Assembly (NCBI GenBank): GCA_039796015.1
Contig: JBDKKQ010000028.1
Coordinates: 1 to 49,416 of the forward strand
Reading direction: 5' to 3'
DNA length: 49,416 nt
Origin: Verrucomicrobiota bacterium
Lineage (GTDB): Bacteria; Verrucomicrobiota; Verrucomicrobiia; Limisphaerales; UBA9464
This document shows positions 18,514 through 27,051 of the stretch, piece by piece; positions within the stretch are counted from its first letter, which is position 1; each line of letters starts with the position of its first letter. The position numbers were made by a program, and so were the translations under genes. The notes beneath the pieces are model-generated. The model was not told the DNA's origin. It made no database searches and was given only the letters and a program-made list of their open reading frames with translations.

Positions 18514-19149
18514 TCAGCGGAAGAGTTGTCGAAAGATCTCAGGGACCTTGGTAGCGAAGAAGAGGAAGCCTAGAAGGAGGATGAGGGAGAGGGCGAAGAG
18601 CCCAAATGCGATAACCCGAAACACTTTGACCCGCTGCTGAAAGCTTTGTGATTCCTGCTCGCGTTGGGTCTTCCAGAGTGCGAATTCCCGTTGAACCAGC
18701 ACATCGGCCTGCGCCGCGTCCGGGCTTTGGTACGTCCACCACCCAGCCTCTCGTTGAACAAACGACGGCAACTCCTGGGGAAGCTGGGATACAGGGATCG
18801 ATTGGTAGCCGCTGACCCGCCAGTACTCGGCATCTTCTTGGGTCCAGGTGCGCGAGATTCCTTGGTTGCGTGTGAGGATTCGCAATCGTTTCCAGACGGC
18901 AGCCCGACAGGCGTCGGGTTCGACGAACTGGGGGGAAGACAAGGCCTCGCTATGCAGCAGCGCTTGATCGCCTTCCACCAAGAGCCCGATGGCGTGAAGG
19001 ATTTGTCCGTCCGGATCGGTCACTACATGAAACTCGCTCAAGAACTCCGCTAGCTCGATAGCGGGAAGCCCCGATTGCGACCACAGAATCTCCAAGGCTC
19101 CAAGATCGTCGGCCGTGGCGCGACGGGATTCTAGGAATGGGGGCTCCAT
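18514..19149 (-). CDS. hypothetical protein with C-terminal TM anchor, immediately downstream of ftsZ
   Basis: 211-aa ORF starting 51 nt after the ftsZ stop on the same strand. The N-terminal ~110 aa are vaguely GNAT-like (ATADDLGALEILW...HVVTDPDGQILHAIGLL), but no acetyl-CoA motif was recognised. C-terminal hydrophobic helix: VIAFGLFALSLILLLGFLFFA. Confidence 0.5.
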   Translation of the reverse strand: MEPPFLESRRATADDLGALEILWSQSGLPAIELAEFLSEFHVVTDPDGQILHAIGLLVEGDQALLHSEALSSPQFVEPDACRAAVWKRLRILTRNQGISRTWTQEDAEYWRVSGYQSIPVSQLPQELPSFVQREAGWWTYQSPDAAQADVLVQREFALWKTQREQESQSFQQRVKVFRVIAFGLFALSLILLLGFLFFATKVPEIFRQLFR

Positions 19150-19200
19150 GGCAAATAGTCTACCTCAAGAAATCGCGTCTTCAATGACCGGCGGCCTGCG

Positions 19201-20505
19201 TCAATTGAGAACGATGCCTAGGCGGAGGTAGGTCGGAACATCGAGGTCCACGCCTTTGTGCCGGTTTCGCTCGGTGTTGTCGAAGCGGCCGCGCTGGGCG
19301 ATGTCAAAGTTCATGATCATCTGGGAGTCGGGCCGACGGCGGGAGGGTTTGTTGCGCTGACCACTGAGGATCCGCTGGCGCTGCTCGATGTTCAGTTCTG
19401 GGGGCGGTGGAATGAACCGGGAGTCGGTGGTGGAACGAGGCTCGGGTTCCCTGTTGAAATCCTCACCATTGAAGACGATGGGCGCGCCGCGTTGCGTTCC
19501 TACCTCGGGGCCCTTTGTGATCGGCACGGCGTCGTTCCGGGCAAAGCCCGATCCGACCAGTGGGTTGGGAGCCGAGGCGGCGGAGCGTGTGGTGATGGCT
19601 GTGACAAGGATGTGCCCGGTAAGGGCTGGATCTATCGAGGCGCCCACGATGAGTTCAGCAGTGGGACAACGTCCTTGCAGGGCTTCGATCAATCGTTCCA
19701 CCTCGCCGATCTGAAGGTCGTCGCCTCCCGCGACACTGACCAAGATCTCCTTGGCCGAGGTCAGGGCCGACCCGGTATCGAGGAATGGATGTGTGAGCAA
19801 TTGCTCGGCGGCGGCATGGGCCCGGTTCTCTCCGGTTGCTTGTACGGCCGCGAAGGCGCTCTCGGCGTGGCGACCTCGCAGCAGGCGCTCGATGTGGGCG
19901 AAATCTAACGGGATGAGGCCCGGTGCGTTGAGGAGTCGCCACAAGCCTTGAAGGGTCTGGGCCAGTAGTTCATTGGCGAACTGGTACAGTTCGTGAGGGT
20001 GGGTGCGGTCATCGTGCATTCGCCGGACTCGCTGGTTTGAGATAGCCAAGACCGCATCGGCGGAAACGCGCAGGCGATCGAGGGCTTCCTGGGCGTACAA
20101 AAGCCGTCGTCGTTCGAAGTCGAAGGGGGTCGTGGCGATTACCAGAACCAGTGCTCCGGATTCGCGCGCCGCCCTTGCAATGACTGGAGCGGCCCCGGAG
20201 CCGGTTCCGCCGCCAAGTCCGGTGATGACGAAGACCAGTCGGGCCCCTTGAGTGAACTCGTGGATGGAGGAAAGGTCGCTCTCAGCGCTCAGTCGCCCGA
20301 TCTCCGGATCGCCGCCGGCACCGAGGCCGTGGCTAACAGAAAGACCGAGCGTGATTTTCCGGTCGATCAAAGAGAGTCGCAGGGATTCCGGGCTAGTGTC
20401 TGCGTGGGCACATTCAAGAGAGCTTCCGGAACGGGCCTGCAGGCCGCTCAGGATCTGGGCGCCCGCGTGTCCGACAGCGATGAAGCGAATCGAGGCATCG
20501 TTCAT
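19201..20505 (-). CDS. ftsZ: cell division GTPase FtsZ (divergent)
   Basis: T4 loop GLGAGGDPEIG and tubulin signature GLGGGTGSGAAPVIA, followed by LVIATTPFDFE. C-terminal conserved peptide DLDVPTYLRLG matches the E. coli D-I-P-A-F-L-R tail. The start is set at ATG 20505 (MNDASIRF...), 19 nt after the ftsA stop. The longer track ORF (to 20745) would overlap ftsA by 220 nt. Confidence 0.85.
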   Translation of the reverse strand: MNDASIRFIAVGHAGAQILSGLQARSGSSLECAHADTSPESLRLSLIDRKITLGLSVSHGLGAGGDPEIGRLSAESDLSSIHEFTQGARLVFVITGLGGGTGSGAAPVIARAARESGALVLVIATTPFDFERRRLLYAQEALDRLRVSADAVLAISNQRVRRMHDDRTHPHELYQFANELLAQTLQGLWRLLNAPGLIPLDFAHIERLLRGRHAESAFAAVQATGENRAHAAAEQLLTHPFLDTGSALTSAKEILVSVAGGDDLQIGEVERLIEALQGRCPTAELIVGASIDPALTGHILVTAITTRSAASAPNPLVGSGFARNDAVPITKGPEVGTQRGAPIVFNGEDFNREPEPRSTTDSRFIPPPPELNIEQRQRILSGQRNKPSRRRPDSQMIMNFDIAQRGRFDNTERNRHKGVDLDVPTYLRLGIVLN

Positions 20506-20524
20506 GGAGGTGTGTGGCGAAGGG

Positions 20525-21733
20525 TTAGCGGAGGAAGGGCAGGACATCGCGGATGCTGAAGCGCTGGCGTGGGCGGTTGCGCTGGCGCATGCCGCCATAC
20601 CGAGCGATACCGATGGCTGTTGCGAATTCCGGATGGGACAGCGTGGCAGAATTGCCGGTGATGTTGCGAGAGGTGCCCCGTGTGATCGGGAGTCGGAAAA
20701 TGCGTTGAGCCAAAGTGTCGATGCCGGGGATGTGGGAGCATCCACCGGACAGGAAGACTCCGGCCCGAGCCTCGTCGAGCAGGCAATTCTCGGCGCAACG
20801 CTCGGCGATGAGCTCGAAGAGTTCCTGTAGCCGAATGGACATAATGCGGTGGAGGTGTTCGAGGCTCACCTCCCGATGGGACAGTCCTAGGTCGTTTTCA
20901 CTCAGCGGGACCATTTGTCCTTGGCTGCCGGACGCGACCACAGCACTGCCGTGCCGGATCTTGAGGCTCTCGGCCAAGGCGATATTGATCTTCAGGCCCA
21001 GAGCGATGTCGTTGCTGAGGTGGTCTCCGCCGAGGGCGAAGACCCCGGAGTGGCGGATGGCCTGGCCCTGCTGGAAGACGAATTCGGTGGCGCCGCCTCC
21101 GATGTCGATGACCAGGGCTCCGTTTTCTTTGTCTTCAGGGGTCAAGACGGCTTGTGCATTGGCCAAGCCGTTGAAGACCGGTTGGTTCACTTCGATCGAA
21201 AGTGATTGAACCAGCCGCATTGAGTTCTGGATTCGCAGGGAATTGCCGTAAATGACATGAACATGCGCTTCCACCTTGCGACCCAACATGCCGGAGGGGT
21301 TGTCGGAGACCTCGACCCCATCGACGCAGATGCGCTGGCGGATCGTGTGCAGGATGGTGTGCTCGGCTGGCAGGGTAATGGCCTTGGCGTTGTTGGCGGC
21401 ATCGGCCACATCTTGCGGGGTGACCAACCGGTCATCGGACGCCACTGGGTGCATTCCGGTATTGTTGAAGCCCTCAATGTGGCGTCCGGAGACTCCTAGG
21501 AACAAATTCCGGACCGTCACTTGGGCCTGCTCCTCGGCATTGCCCAAGGCTGAGCGGACATCCTCCTGCGCCTTGGCCAGGTCGACGATCTCTCCCTTGC
21601 GGACCCCGTGCGATTTAGACTGCCCGATTCCGAGCAGCGTGAATTCGCCGCGCTCGTTTTCCTCGCCGATGGCGGCGCAGATCTTCGAGGTTCCGATCTC
21701 GAGGCCGACCAGGATTGGGGAGTCCTTAAACAT
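20525..21733 (-). CDS. ftsA: cell division protein FtsA (actin-like ATPase)
   Basis: 402-aa ORF with phosphate-1 VGLEIGTSKICAAIGE, DIGGGATEF, and C-terminal SGGCSHIPGI and PEFATAIGIA. It sits between ftsQ and ftsZ. Confidence 0.9.
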   Translation of the reverse strand: MFKDSPILVGLEIGTSKICAAIGEENERGEFTLLGIGQSKSHGVRKGEIVDLAKAQEDVRSALGNAEEQAQVTVRNLFLGVSGRHIEGFNNTGMHPVASDDRLVTPQDVADAANNAKAITLPAEHTILHTIRQRICVDGVEVSDNPSGMLGRKVEAHVHVIYGNSLRIQNSMRLVQSLSIEVNQPVFNGLANAQAVLTPEDKENGALVIDIGGGATEFVFQQGQAIRHSGVFALGGDHLSNDIALGLKINIALAESLKIRHGSAVVASGSQGQMVPLSENDLGLSHREVSLEHLHRIMSIRLQELFELIAERCAENCLLDEARAGVFLSGGCSHIPGIDTLAQRIFRLPITRGTSRNITGNSATLSHPEFATAIGIARYGGMRQRNRPRQRFSIRDVLPFLR

Positions 21734-22679
21734 GGGATCGTCGGGGAATGCGTTTGGGTTTGAGACGACTGCCCCGTTCGGGGGTTTCAGACGGAGGGAG
21801 CACTGATGTGGGAACGTTCCAGCGGATCGGGGAGTTCTGGGAGACGCTCAGGTCCAGGCTCTGGATTATTCGAGATTCTTTTAGCTCTTTGAGCTGATGC
21901 AAGATTTCACCCCAGCGCTGCAATTGGCTGCCGTAGTCGCGGGCCGCGAAGGTGATCTCAGCAGAGGTATCGGTGGTTACCATCAGGACACCGGGCTCGG
22001 CGATAGAGATTGTGCGGATGTCGGGCAGAGATCCGGGTTCAGCCGATTCGTAGGTCTTGACGAATTCGAGCGCCCGAAGCGTGTCGGCCTGGGCGGTGGG
22101 TCGCTGGGCGTGATAGCCGATGAGCACCGGCAATGCCGATTCGGCTGCCACGGCCTCGGTAGGAGCGCTAGAGGCATCTAGGGGCAGTAGCAGATGGCCC
22201 GATTCGTCGAGCAAGTATCGGGCCTGGAGCCCGTTCTTCGACAAGGGCTCGACGGCGACGAGCGGGAGTCGCTCCCGGATGCGAATGAGCAAACTGCCGG
22301 GGAATTCAGCAATGATGCGGGCCGAGGCGATGCGGGGGTGGTTCTGCAGGCGATCCCGCAGTTGGGGAAGATCTACTGAGAGAATGTTTCGGCCCAGTGG
22401 AACACCAGCGAGGCGGCGCACCTCCTCGGGTGAGAGCACCCCGTCGACCTCGACAATGACTTCTCGGATGGCCAGTGCCGGGATGCGATTGATCCAATTT
22501 TCGCGAAGCCACCATCCGCCTACCGCCACCGAGCCTAGGAGTGTGAGTGTCACTAAGGTTCGGATGATCCAGCGCCGCAGTGCAGGGTGAGCCTCACCAG
22601 ATGCCTCGGCCGACAGCTTCGCATGGAGAACAGTGCCTCCTTTGGGGCGTCTGCGGTTTTCGTGAGATCGGCCGAACAT
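21726..22679 (-). CDS. ftsQ: cell division protein FtsQ (POTRA domain)
   Basis: 317-aa ORF with a basic N-terminus and a single TM (IIRTLVTLTLLGSVAVGGWW). POTRA-like block: IREVIVEVDGVLSPEEVRRLAGVPLGRNILSVDL. Synteny ddl-ftsQ-ftsA. It overlaps the ftsA start by 8 nt. Confidence 0.75.
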   Translation of the reverse strand: MFGRSHENRRRPKGGTVLHAKLSAEASGEAHPALRRWIIRTLVTLTLLGSVAVGGWWLRENWINRIPALAIREVIVEVDGVLSPEEVRRLAGVPLGRNILSVDLPQLRDRLQNHPRIASARIIAEFPGSLLIRIRERLPLVAVEPLSKNGLQARYLLDESGHLLLPLDASSAPTEAVAAESALPVLIGYHAQRPTAQADTLRALEFVKTYESAEPGSLPDIRTISIAEPGVLMVTTDTSAEITFAARDYGSQLQRWGEILHQLKELKESRIIQSLDLSVSQNSPIRWNVPTSVLPPSETPERGSRLKPKRIPRRSHV

Positions 22680-22682
22680 GGG

Positions 22683-23597
22683 TTATCTGGGGTTCGCCTG
22701 TCTGCGGAGGGCGAGTCGCACCATGCGGTCGCAAAGTTGCGGGAATGAGAGGCCGGCGGCTGCTGCAGCCTTGGGGAGGAGGCTGGTTTCGGTCATGCCC
22801 GGCAGTGTGTTGACCTCGAGGACCACCGGTGACCCGTCCGGGCGCACCATCACATCGACCCGGGCATAGTCTCGGCCACCGATGGCGTGGAATGCAGCCA
22901 GCGCCGATTGCTGAATCTGGTGGGTGACGGCCGGTTCGAGGTCCGCAGGACAGAAATAGTCGGTCCGTCCAGCAGTATACTTGTTGGTGTAGTCGTAGGA
23001 GCCCGACTTGGGGCAGACTTCTACCACAGGGAGCGCTAATCCATCGAGAATGCCCACGGTGGTCTCCCGCCCGATGATGCGCTCTTCCATCAAGACCTCA
23101 CCGCCATGACCGAGGGCTTCAGCGAGCGCGCGGGAAAAGTCTTCGATGCGGTCGACAAACTGGAGCCCCACACTCGATCCCTGGCGGGTGGGCTTCAGGA
23201 CGACCGGCGTTTGCCAGCCCTCTGGCCACCGGGCCGAGGCATCGATGAATCGCTCGAATCGGGCTGTGGCAACACCGGCCTTCAGGCAGCGACGTTTGGT
23301 TAGGATCTTGTCGAAGGCGTAGAGCGAGGCCGACACGCCGCAACCGGTGTAGGGCAGTCCCAGTTCTTCGAGTTCCGACTGAACGGTGCCGTCTTCGCCG
23401 TAGGTGCCGTGCAACGCCAGAAAGACCACCTGAGTGCCCGCGGGGATTTGTAAGTCACCCGGAATGGGGTCCAATTCATCCACGTGGTATCCAAGGGACT
23501 TCAGTGCCGAGGCGACGGCGGCGCCAGAGCGGAGGGAGACCTCGCGTTCGGCCGAGGGGCCTCCGCGCAAGACGGTGATGTGGAGGGGGGAGCTCAT
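22683..23597 (-). CDS. ddl: D-alanine--D-alanine ligase
   Basis: GGPSAEREVSLRSG, HGTYGEDGTVQSELE, KPTRQGSSVG and EVNTLPGMTETSLLP are canonical Ddl ATP-grasp motifs. The start overlaps the murB stop (ATGA). Confidence 0.92.
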   Translation of the reverse strand: MSSPLHITVLRGGPSAEREVSLRSGAAVASALKSLGYHVDELDPIPGDLQIPAGTQVVFLALHGTYGEDGTVQSELEELGLPYTGCGVSASLYAFDKILTKRRCLKAGVATARFERFIDASARWPEGWQTPVVLKPTRQGSSVGLQFVDRIEDFSRALAEALGHGGEVLMEERIIGRETTVGILDGLALPVVEVCPKSGSYDYTNKYTAGRTDYFCPADLEPAVTHQIQQSALAAFHAIGGRDYARVDVMVRPDGSPVVLEVNTLPGMTETSLLPKAAAAAGLSFPQLCDRMVRLALRRQANPR

Positions 23598-24583
23598 GCG
23601 TCTTCGCCGACGATTTCCACTTCGGTTTCTAGTTCAATGCCCCGGAGTTCACGGGCGCGGGTGCGGACTTGTTCGATCAATGCGAGGATGTCTGAAGCCC
23701 GCGCCTGACCCAGATTCACAAAGAAGTTGGCGTGGACGTCGCTGACCATGGCGTCCCCGACGCGGGCTCCTTTGAGACCTAGTTCATCGAGCAGGCGTCC
23801 CGCAGGTAGGGTGGGTTCTGGGTTTTTGAAGGTGCAGCCGGCGCTGGGTTGATTGGGTTGGCTCGTCCAACGTTTGCTGGAGAACTGGTCCATCTTGGCG
23901 CGGATAACGTCAGCATCGTCGGGACGGCCGCGGAAAACTGCACCCAACGCGATGTGGGTTCTCAGCAACGGACAGGCTCGATACTCCACGGTCACCTCTT
24001 GGGCAGGCAACGTCAGGATTTGTCCTGAGGGACTCATGCAGCGCAATTCCTCTAGGGTGTCGAAGGTCCAAGCTCCCATGGCGCCCGCGTTCATCCTCAG
24101 GGCACCGCCCAGGCAGCCGGGGATGCCTTCGAAAAACTCCACGCCACCGAGTCCGGCACGTCGGGCTTCGTGTGCGATGTTTTTGAGTCGGGCTCCAGCG
24201 CCGGCGGTGATCCGTTGACCTTCCAGTTCGATGCGCGAGAAGTGGGGGTGGGCTAAAGACAGGACAATTCCCCGGATGCCTCCGTCGCGGACTAAAAGAT
24301 TGGAACCACGGCCTAGCAGTAACACGGGGATGCCGCGCAAGTGGGCGATCTCGAGCGTGCTCGCCAGAGCGTTGTCTGAGCTCGGTTCGACGAATAAATC
24401 TGCGGGGCCACCCACCCGAAGGGTCGTGCGTCGGGCGAGCGGTTCATCGCGCCGGACGAGGGTGTCAGGCGGCAACACAATCTGCAGGTCGCGGAAGGTG
24501 TTGGAAATGTCCTCGGCATGCGCGGCGGCCGCTTCAATGGTCGGACCGGCGGGTTCTTGGCTGAGTCGGAGCGGTGCGCTCAT
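23594..24583 (-). CDS. murB: UDP-N-acetylenolpyruvoylglucosamine reductase
   Basis: FAD-binding domain motifs RRTTLRVGGPADLF and LLLGRGSNLLV. C-terminal GSTFKNP-like block AGCTFKNP. The start is set at ATG 24583, which overlaps the murG stop as ATGA (24580-24583). The track ORF extends 88 codons further into murG. Confidence 0.9.
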   Translation of the reverse strand: MSAPLRLSQEPAGPTIEAAAAHAEDISNTFRDLQIVLPPDTLVRRDEPLARRTTLRVGGPADLFVEPSSDNALASTLEIAHLRGIPVLLLGRGSNLLVRDGGIRGIVLSLAHPHFSRIELEGQRITAGAGARLKNIAHEARRAGLGGVEFFEGIPGCLGGALRMNAGAMGAWTFDTLEELRCMSPSGQILTLPAQEVTVEYRACPLLRTHIALGAVFRGRPDDADVIRAKMDQFSSKRWTSQPNQPSAGCTFKNPEPTLPAGRLLDELGLKGARVGDAMVSDVHANFFVNLGQARASDILALIEQVRTRARELRGIELETEVEIVGEDA

Positions 24584-25842
24584 GCGGCCTCCTTGAAGGG
24601 AATCCAGCGATGGGCCTGAGGCAGGGGGCGCGAGGCGGTGGTCCTGCGGACGGCTTGGGTGAAGGGTTGTCGAAGGTGTTCGAGAATGCTCTCGGCGATG
24701 AACGAGGCCGCCTCTGGGCGATCGATCTCGACCAAAGCCCGCTGCATGGAGGTTCGCAGGGCGGTGTTGCGGAGCAGGGTCAGGACCTCCGATTGGAGTC
24801 GCTCCGGATCGGGGTTGGATTGGGAAAGCAACACGGCCGCACCACATCGGGCCAACGCGTCGGCATTGTGGAACTGATGATTGTCTTGGGCTGTCGGTAA
24901 CGGGATCAGGATCGAGGGAATTCGCAGGGCCGCCAACTCGGCCAGCGATGAAGCTCCGGCCCGACTAATCACAGCGTCGGCCGCGGCCAGGGCTAAGTGC
25001 ATTTCTTGGAGGAACGGGCGAACCATCGATCGCAGACCCAGCGGGTGATGGGCCGCTGCAACGGTTGCCAGGTCTGGAGTCCCCGAGAGGTGAATGAATT
25101 GGAGGTCAGGAGCTGCTGTTGCCAAACCCGGCAGGGCGGCGCAAACCCACTGATTGAGGCCGCGGGCTCCCTGACTACCGCCGGTGATGAGAAGTACCGG
25201 TTTGTCTGGGTCAAGATCGAGGCACACCTTGGCCGACCGAGAGTCGCGATGGTGGCGCAACTGAGAGATGTTCTCGCGGACGGGAGTGCCCGTATGGGTC
25301 ACGCGGGTAGGCCCGAGGCGGGCGACAGTCTCGTCAAATCCGGTGAAGGCCTCGCGCGTCCAAGGGGCCATCAACCGGTTGGCCCGTCCGGGGATGGTAT
25401 TGGATTCATGAAGGAAGGTCGCTGCGCCCAATTGACGCCCTGCCAGCATCGGTGGTGCGGCCGTGAAACCACCCATTCCTAAGATGGCGTCCGGCGGTCG
25501 CTGGAAAAGTGTGCGGTTGGAGAATTGTCGCCGGGCAGATTGCCAAGCGCGGGCGAATCCCAAAAGAAATGCTCCGTAGTTGCGGCCCTGAAGGCCCACC
25601 GCGGGCAGTGTCGCTACCTGGAGGCCGGTTAACCCCCGGACGGCCGCCTGATCGACCTCCTTAGGCGAAATCAGCAGCGTGACTTGGGCCCCGCGAGCCC
25701 CGAGTTCCCTGCCGACGGCCAGACCCGGAAACAGGTGTCCACCGGTTCCCCCGCAGGCGATGGCGACGTGGGTATTGGCGACGTGGGTATTGGCCACGTG
25801 GGTATTGGCCACGTGGGTATTGGAGCCAGGGTTGGATCTCAT
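24580..25842 (-). CDS. murG: undecaprenyldiphospho-muramoylpentapeptide beta-N-acetylglucosaminyltransferase
   Basis: G-loop CGGTGGHLFPGLAV, GGSQGA, and C-terminal donor-binding region ISRAGASSLAELA...P....DNHQ..NA. The only ATG (25842) overlaps the ftsW stop as ATGA, which puts a (NTHVA)x4 repeat at the N-terminus. Confidence 0.9.
   Translation of the reverse strand: MRSNPGSNTHVANTHVANTHVANTHVAIACGGTGGHLFPGLAVGRELGARGAQVTLLISPKEVDQAAVRGLTGLQVATLPAVGLQGRNYGAFLLGFARAWQSARRQFSNRTLFQRPPDAILGMGGFTAAPPMLAGRQLGAATFLHESNTIPGRANRLMAPWTREAFTGFDETVARLGPTRVTHTGTPVRENISQLRHHRDSRSAKVCLDLDPDKPVLLITGGSQGARGLNQWVCAALPGLATAAPDLQFIHLSGTPDLATVAAAHHPLGLRSMVRPFLQEMHLALAAADAVISRAGASSLAELAALRIPSILIPLPTAQDNHQFHNADALARCGAAVLLSQSNPDPERLQSEVLTLLRNTALRTSMQRALVEIDRPEAASFIAESILEHLRQPFTQAVRRTTASRPLPQAHRWIPFKEAA
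25762..25821. repeat. perfect-phase 15-bp tandem repeat x4 inside the murG 5' end
   Basis: Plus strand reads GGCGACGTGGGTATT GGCGACGTGGGTATT GGCCACGTGGGTATT GGCCACGTGGGTATT. Units differ only at one position (G/C). On the coding strand this is a synonymous GTC/GTG Val change, and each unit encodes N-T-H-V-A. Units 3-4 contain the palindrome CACGTG. Confidence 0.95.
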
Positions 25843-26984
25843 TGGGTTGGCAGGCTTTCCAGTTCTGAGATTTCGAATGGATTATTTCCGCTGGGGCGAG
25901 GTGCCTGAGACGTCTCCGGTGCGCGGCGGGCGATCGAGAGTAGGAGTCCTACGAGGGCTAGCATGCTGACTGCGCTGGAACCTCCGCGGCTGACGAAGGG
26001 TAGTGGCATTCCCTTGTTGATCATGGAGTTGGTCACCACTGCGATATTGATCATCGCCTGGCAGGCAATGAGGAAACCGATGCCGCCGGCCAGCAGTCGT
26101 CCTTCAACGTCTGCTGCCCGTGAGGCGATCCTCGCCGAGCAGAGCAGGATGACGACGAAGGCAACGAGCACGCCCAGCGTGAAGAAAAGACCCAACTCCT
26201 CACCGATGACCGGGAGGATGAAATCGGTGTGCTGTTCTGGGATGGTTAGTTTAATTACTCCGGATCCCAGCCCGACTCCTTCCAAACCGCCCTCCCGTAA
26301 GGCCGCCAACGACTTGAGAGCTTGGGAACCCGTGGTCTGAGGGAAGAATTCCGGATGCAGAAACGCATCCATCCGGTCCCGGACCATCTTGCTGGAATTG
26401 TAGAAGTGGAAGGCCAGTCCGGCCCCGAGGAGGGTCGGAATGATGGCGTATCGCTTGCGCATACCGCTGAGCAGAAGCACAACCACTGTGACCATGCCGA
26501 AGAGAATCATGGTTCCGCGGTCCGGTTGTTTGTACAGCAATCCGAGGAATGGCACGATGACCAGTCCCGGCAGAACCAAGCCCCAAACGAGGGTGGAAAC
26601 CGTGCCGCCAAAGCGCATGCGGGATCCGAAGCGTGCGCCCCAGGCCGACAGGGTTAGCAGTAATGGGATTTTAGCGAACTCCGCCGGTTGCATGCCGAAA
26701 ATCCAGCGCTGGGCGCCATTGCGGTAGGTGCCCGCCGGTGAGAGAACCATCGCCAAGGTCACGATGGCGGCGGCGTAGAACCACCAGTGAAGCTTGAACC
26801 AAATGCGGTAATCGCTCCGCCAGAGAATGCACATCAACGCTGCCCCGGCGATGATCGCCACGGCCTGCACGGTGACGAAACTGGAGAACTTCGACTCCAT
26901 CATCACGGCACTGGCGAGCATGGTGAAACTCAAGGCCAGCAGGAGGCTGACCGTCAGCAGCAGTAGGATGGAGGTGGAACGCAT
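25839..26984 (-). CDS. ftsW: SEDS-family peptidoglycan glycosyltransferase FtsW
   Basis: 381-aa polytopic membrane protein with SEDS blocks QPAEFAKI, KQPDRGT, HTDFILPVIGEELG and PFVSRGGSSAV. It sits upstream of murG. Confidence 0.85.
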   Translation of the reverse strand: MRSTSILLLLTVSLLLALSFTMLASAVMMESKFSSFVTVQAVAIIAGAALMCILWRSDYRIWFKLHWWFYAAAIVTLAMVLSPAGTYRNGAQRWIFGMQPAEFAKIPLLLTLSAWGARFGSRMRFGGTVSTLVWGLVLPGLVIVPFLGLLYKQPDRGTMILFGMVTVVVLLLSGMRKRYAIIPTLLGAGLAFHFYNSSKMVRDRMDAFLHPEFFPQTTGSQALKSLAALREGGLEGVGLGSGVIKLTIPEQHTDFILPVIGEELGLFFTLGVLVAFVVILLCSARIASRAADVEGRLLAGGIGFLIACQAMINIAVVTNSMINKGMPLPFVSRGGSSAVSMLALVGLLLSIARRAPETSQAPRPSGNNPFEISELESLPTQ

Positions 26985-27051
26985 GGCAGAAGAAGATTAT
27001 GAGCCGTCTGGACGTCCGGCAGCGGGCCGGACGTCCCTTCGGTGGGCCGAT

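Noticed and set aside
20506-20745. 80-codon N-terminal extension of the ftsZ ORF. Analogous upstream extensions exist for murB (24584-24847), argH (9385-9498), comM (12684-12827), the LamG protein (17435-17518), the LysM protein (27943-28092), cytochrome c (40000-40389), gspF (41185-41361) and the RibD-C protein (38421-38507).
   Set aside because: The extensions overlap the preceding gene or lack protein-like sequence. Family homology or signal peptides begin right after the internal ATG. Several internal ATGs form ATGA/short-gap junctions with the upstream gene.
25762-25821. Tandem repeat considered as a possible CRISPR or mini-CRISPR array.
   Set aside because: The units are contiguous 15-mers with no spacers, lie in frame inside murG, and no cas genes are nearby.
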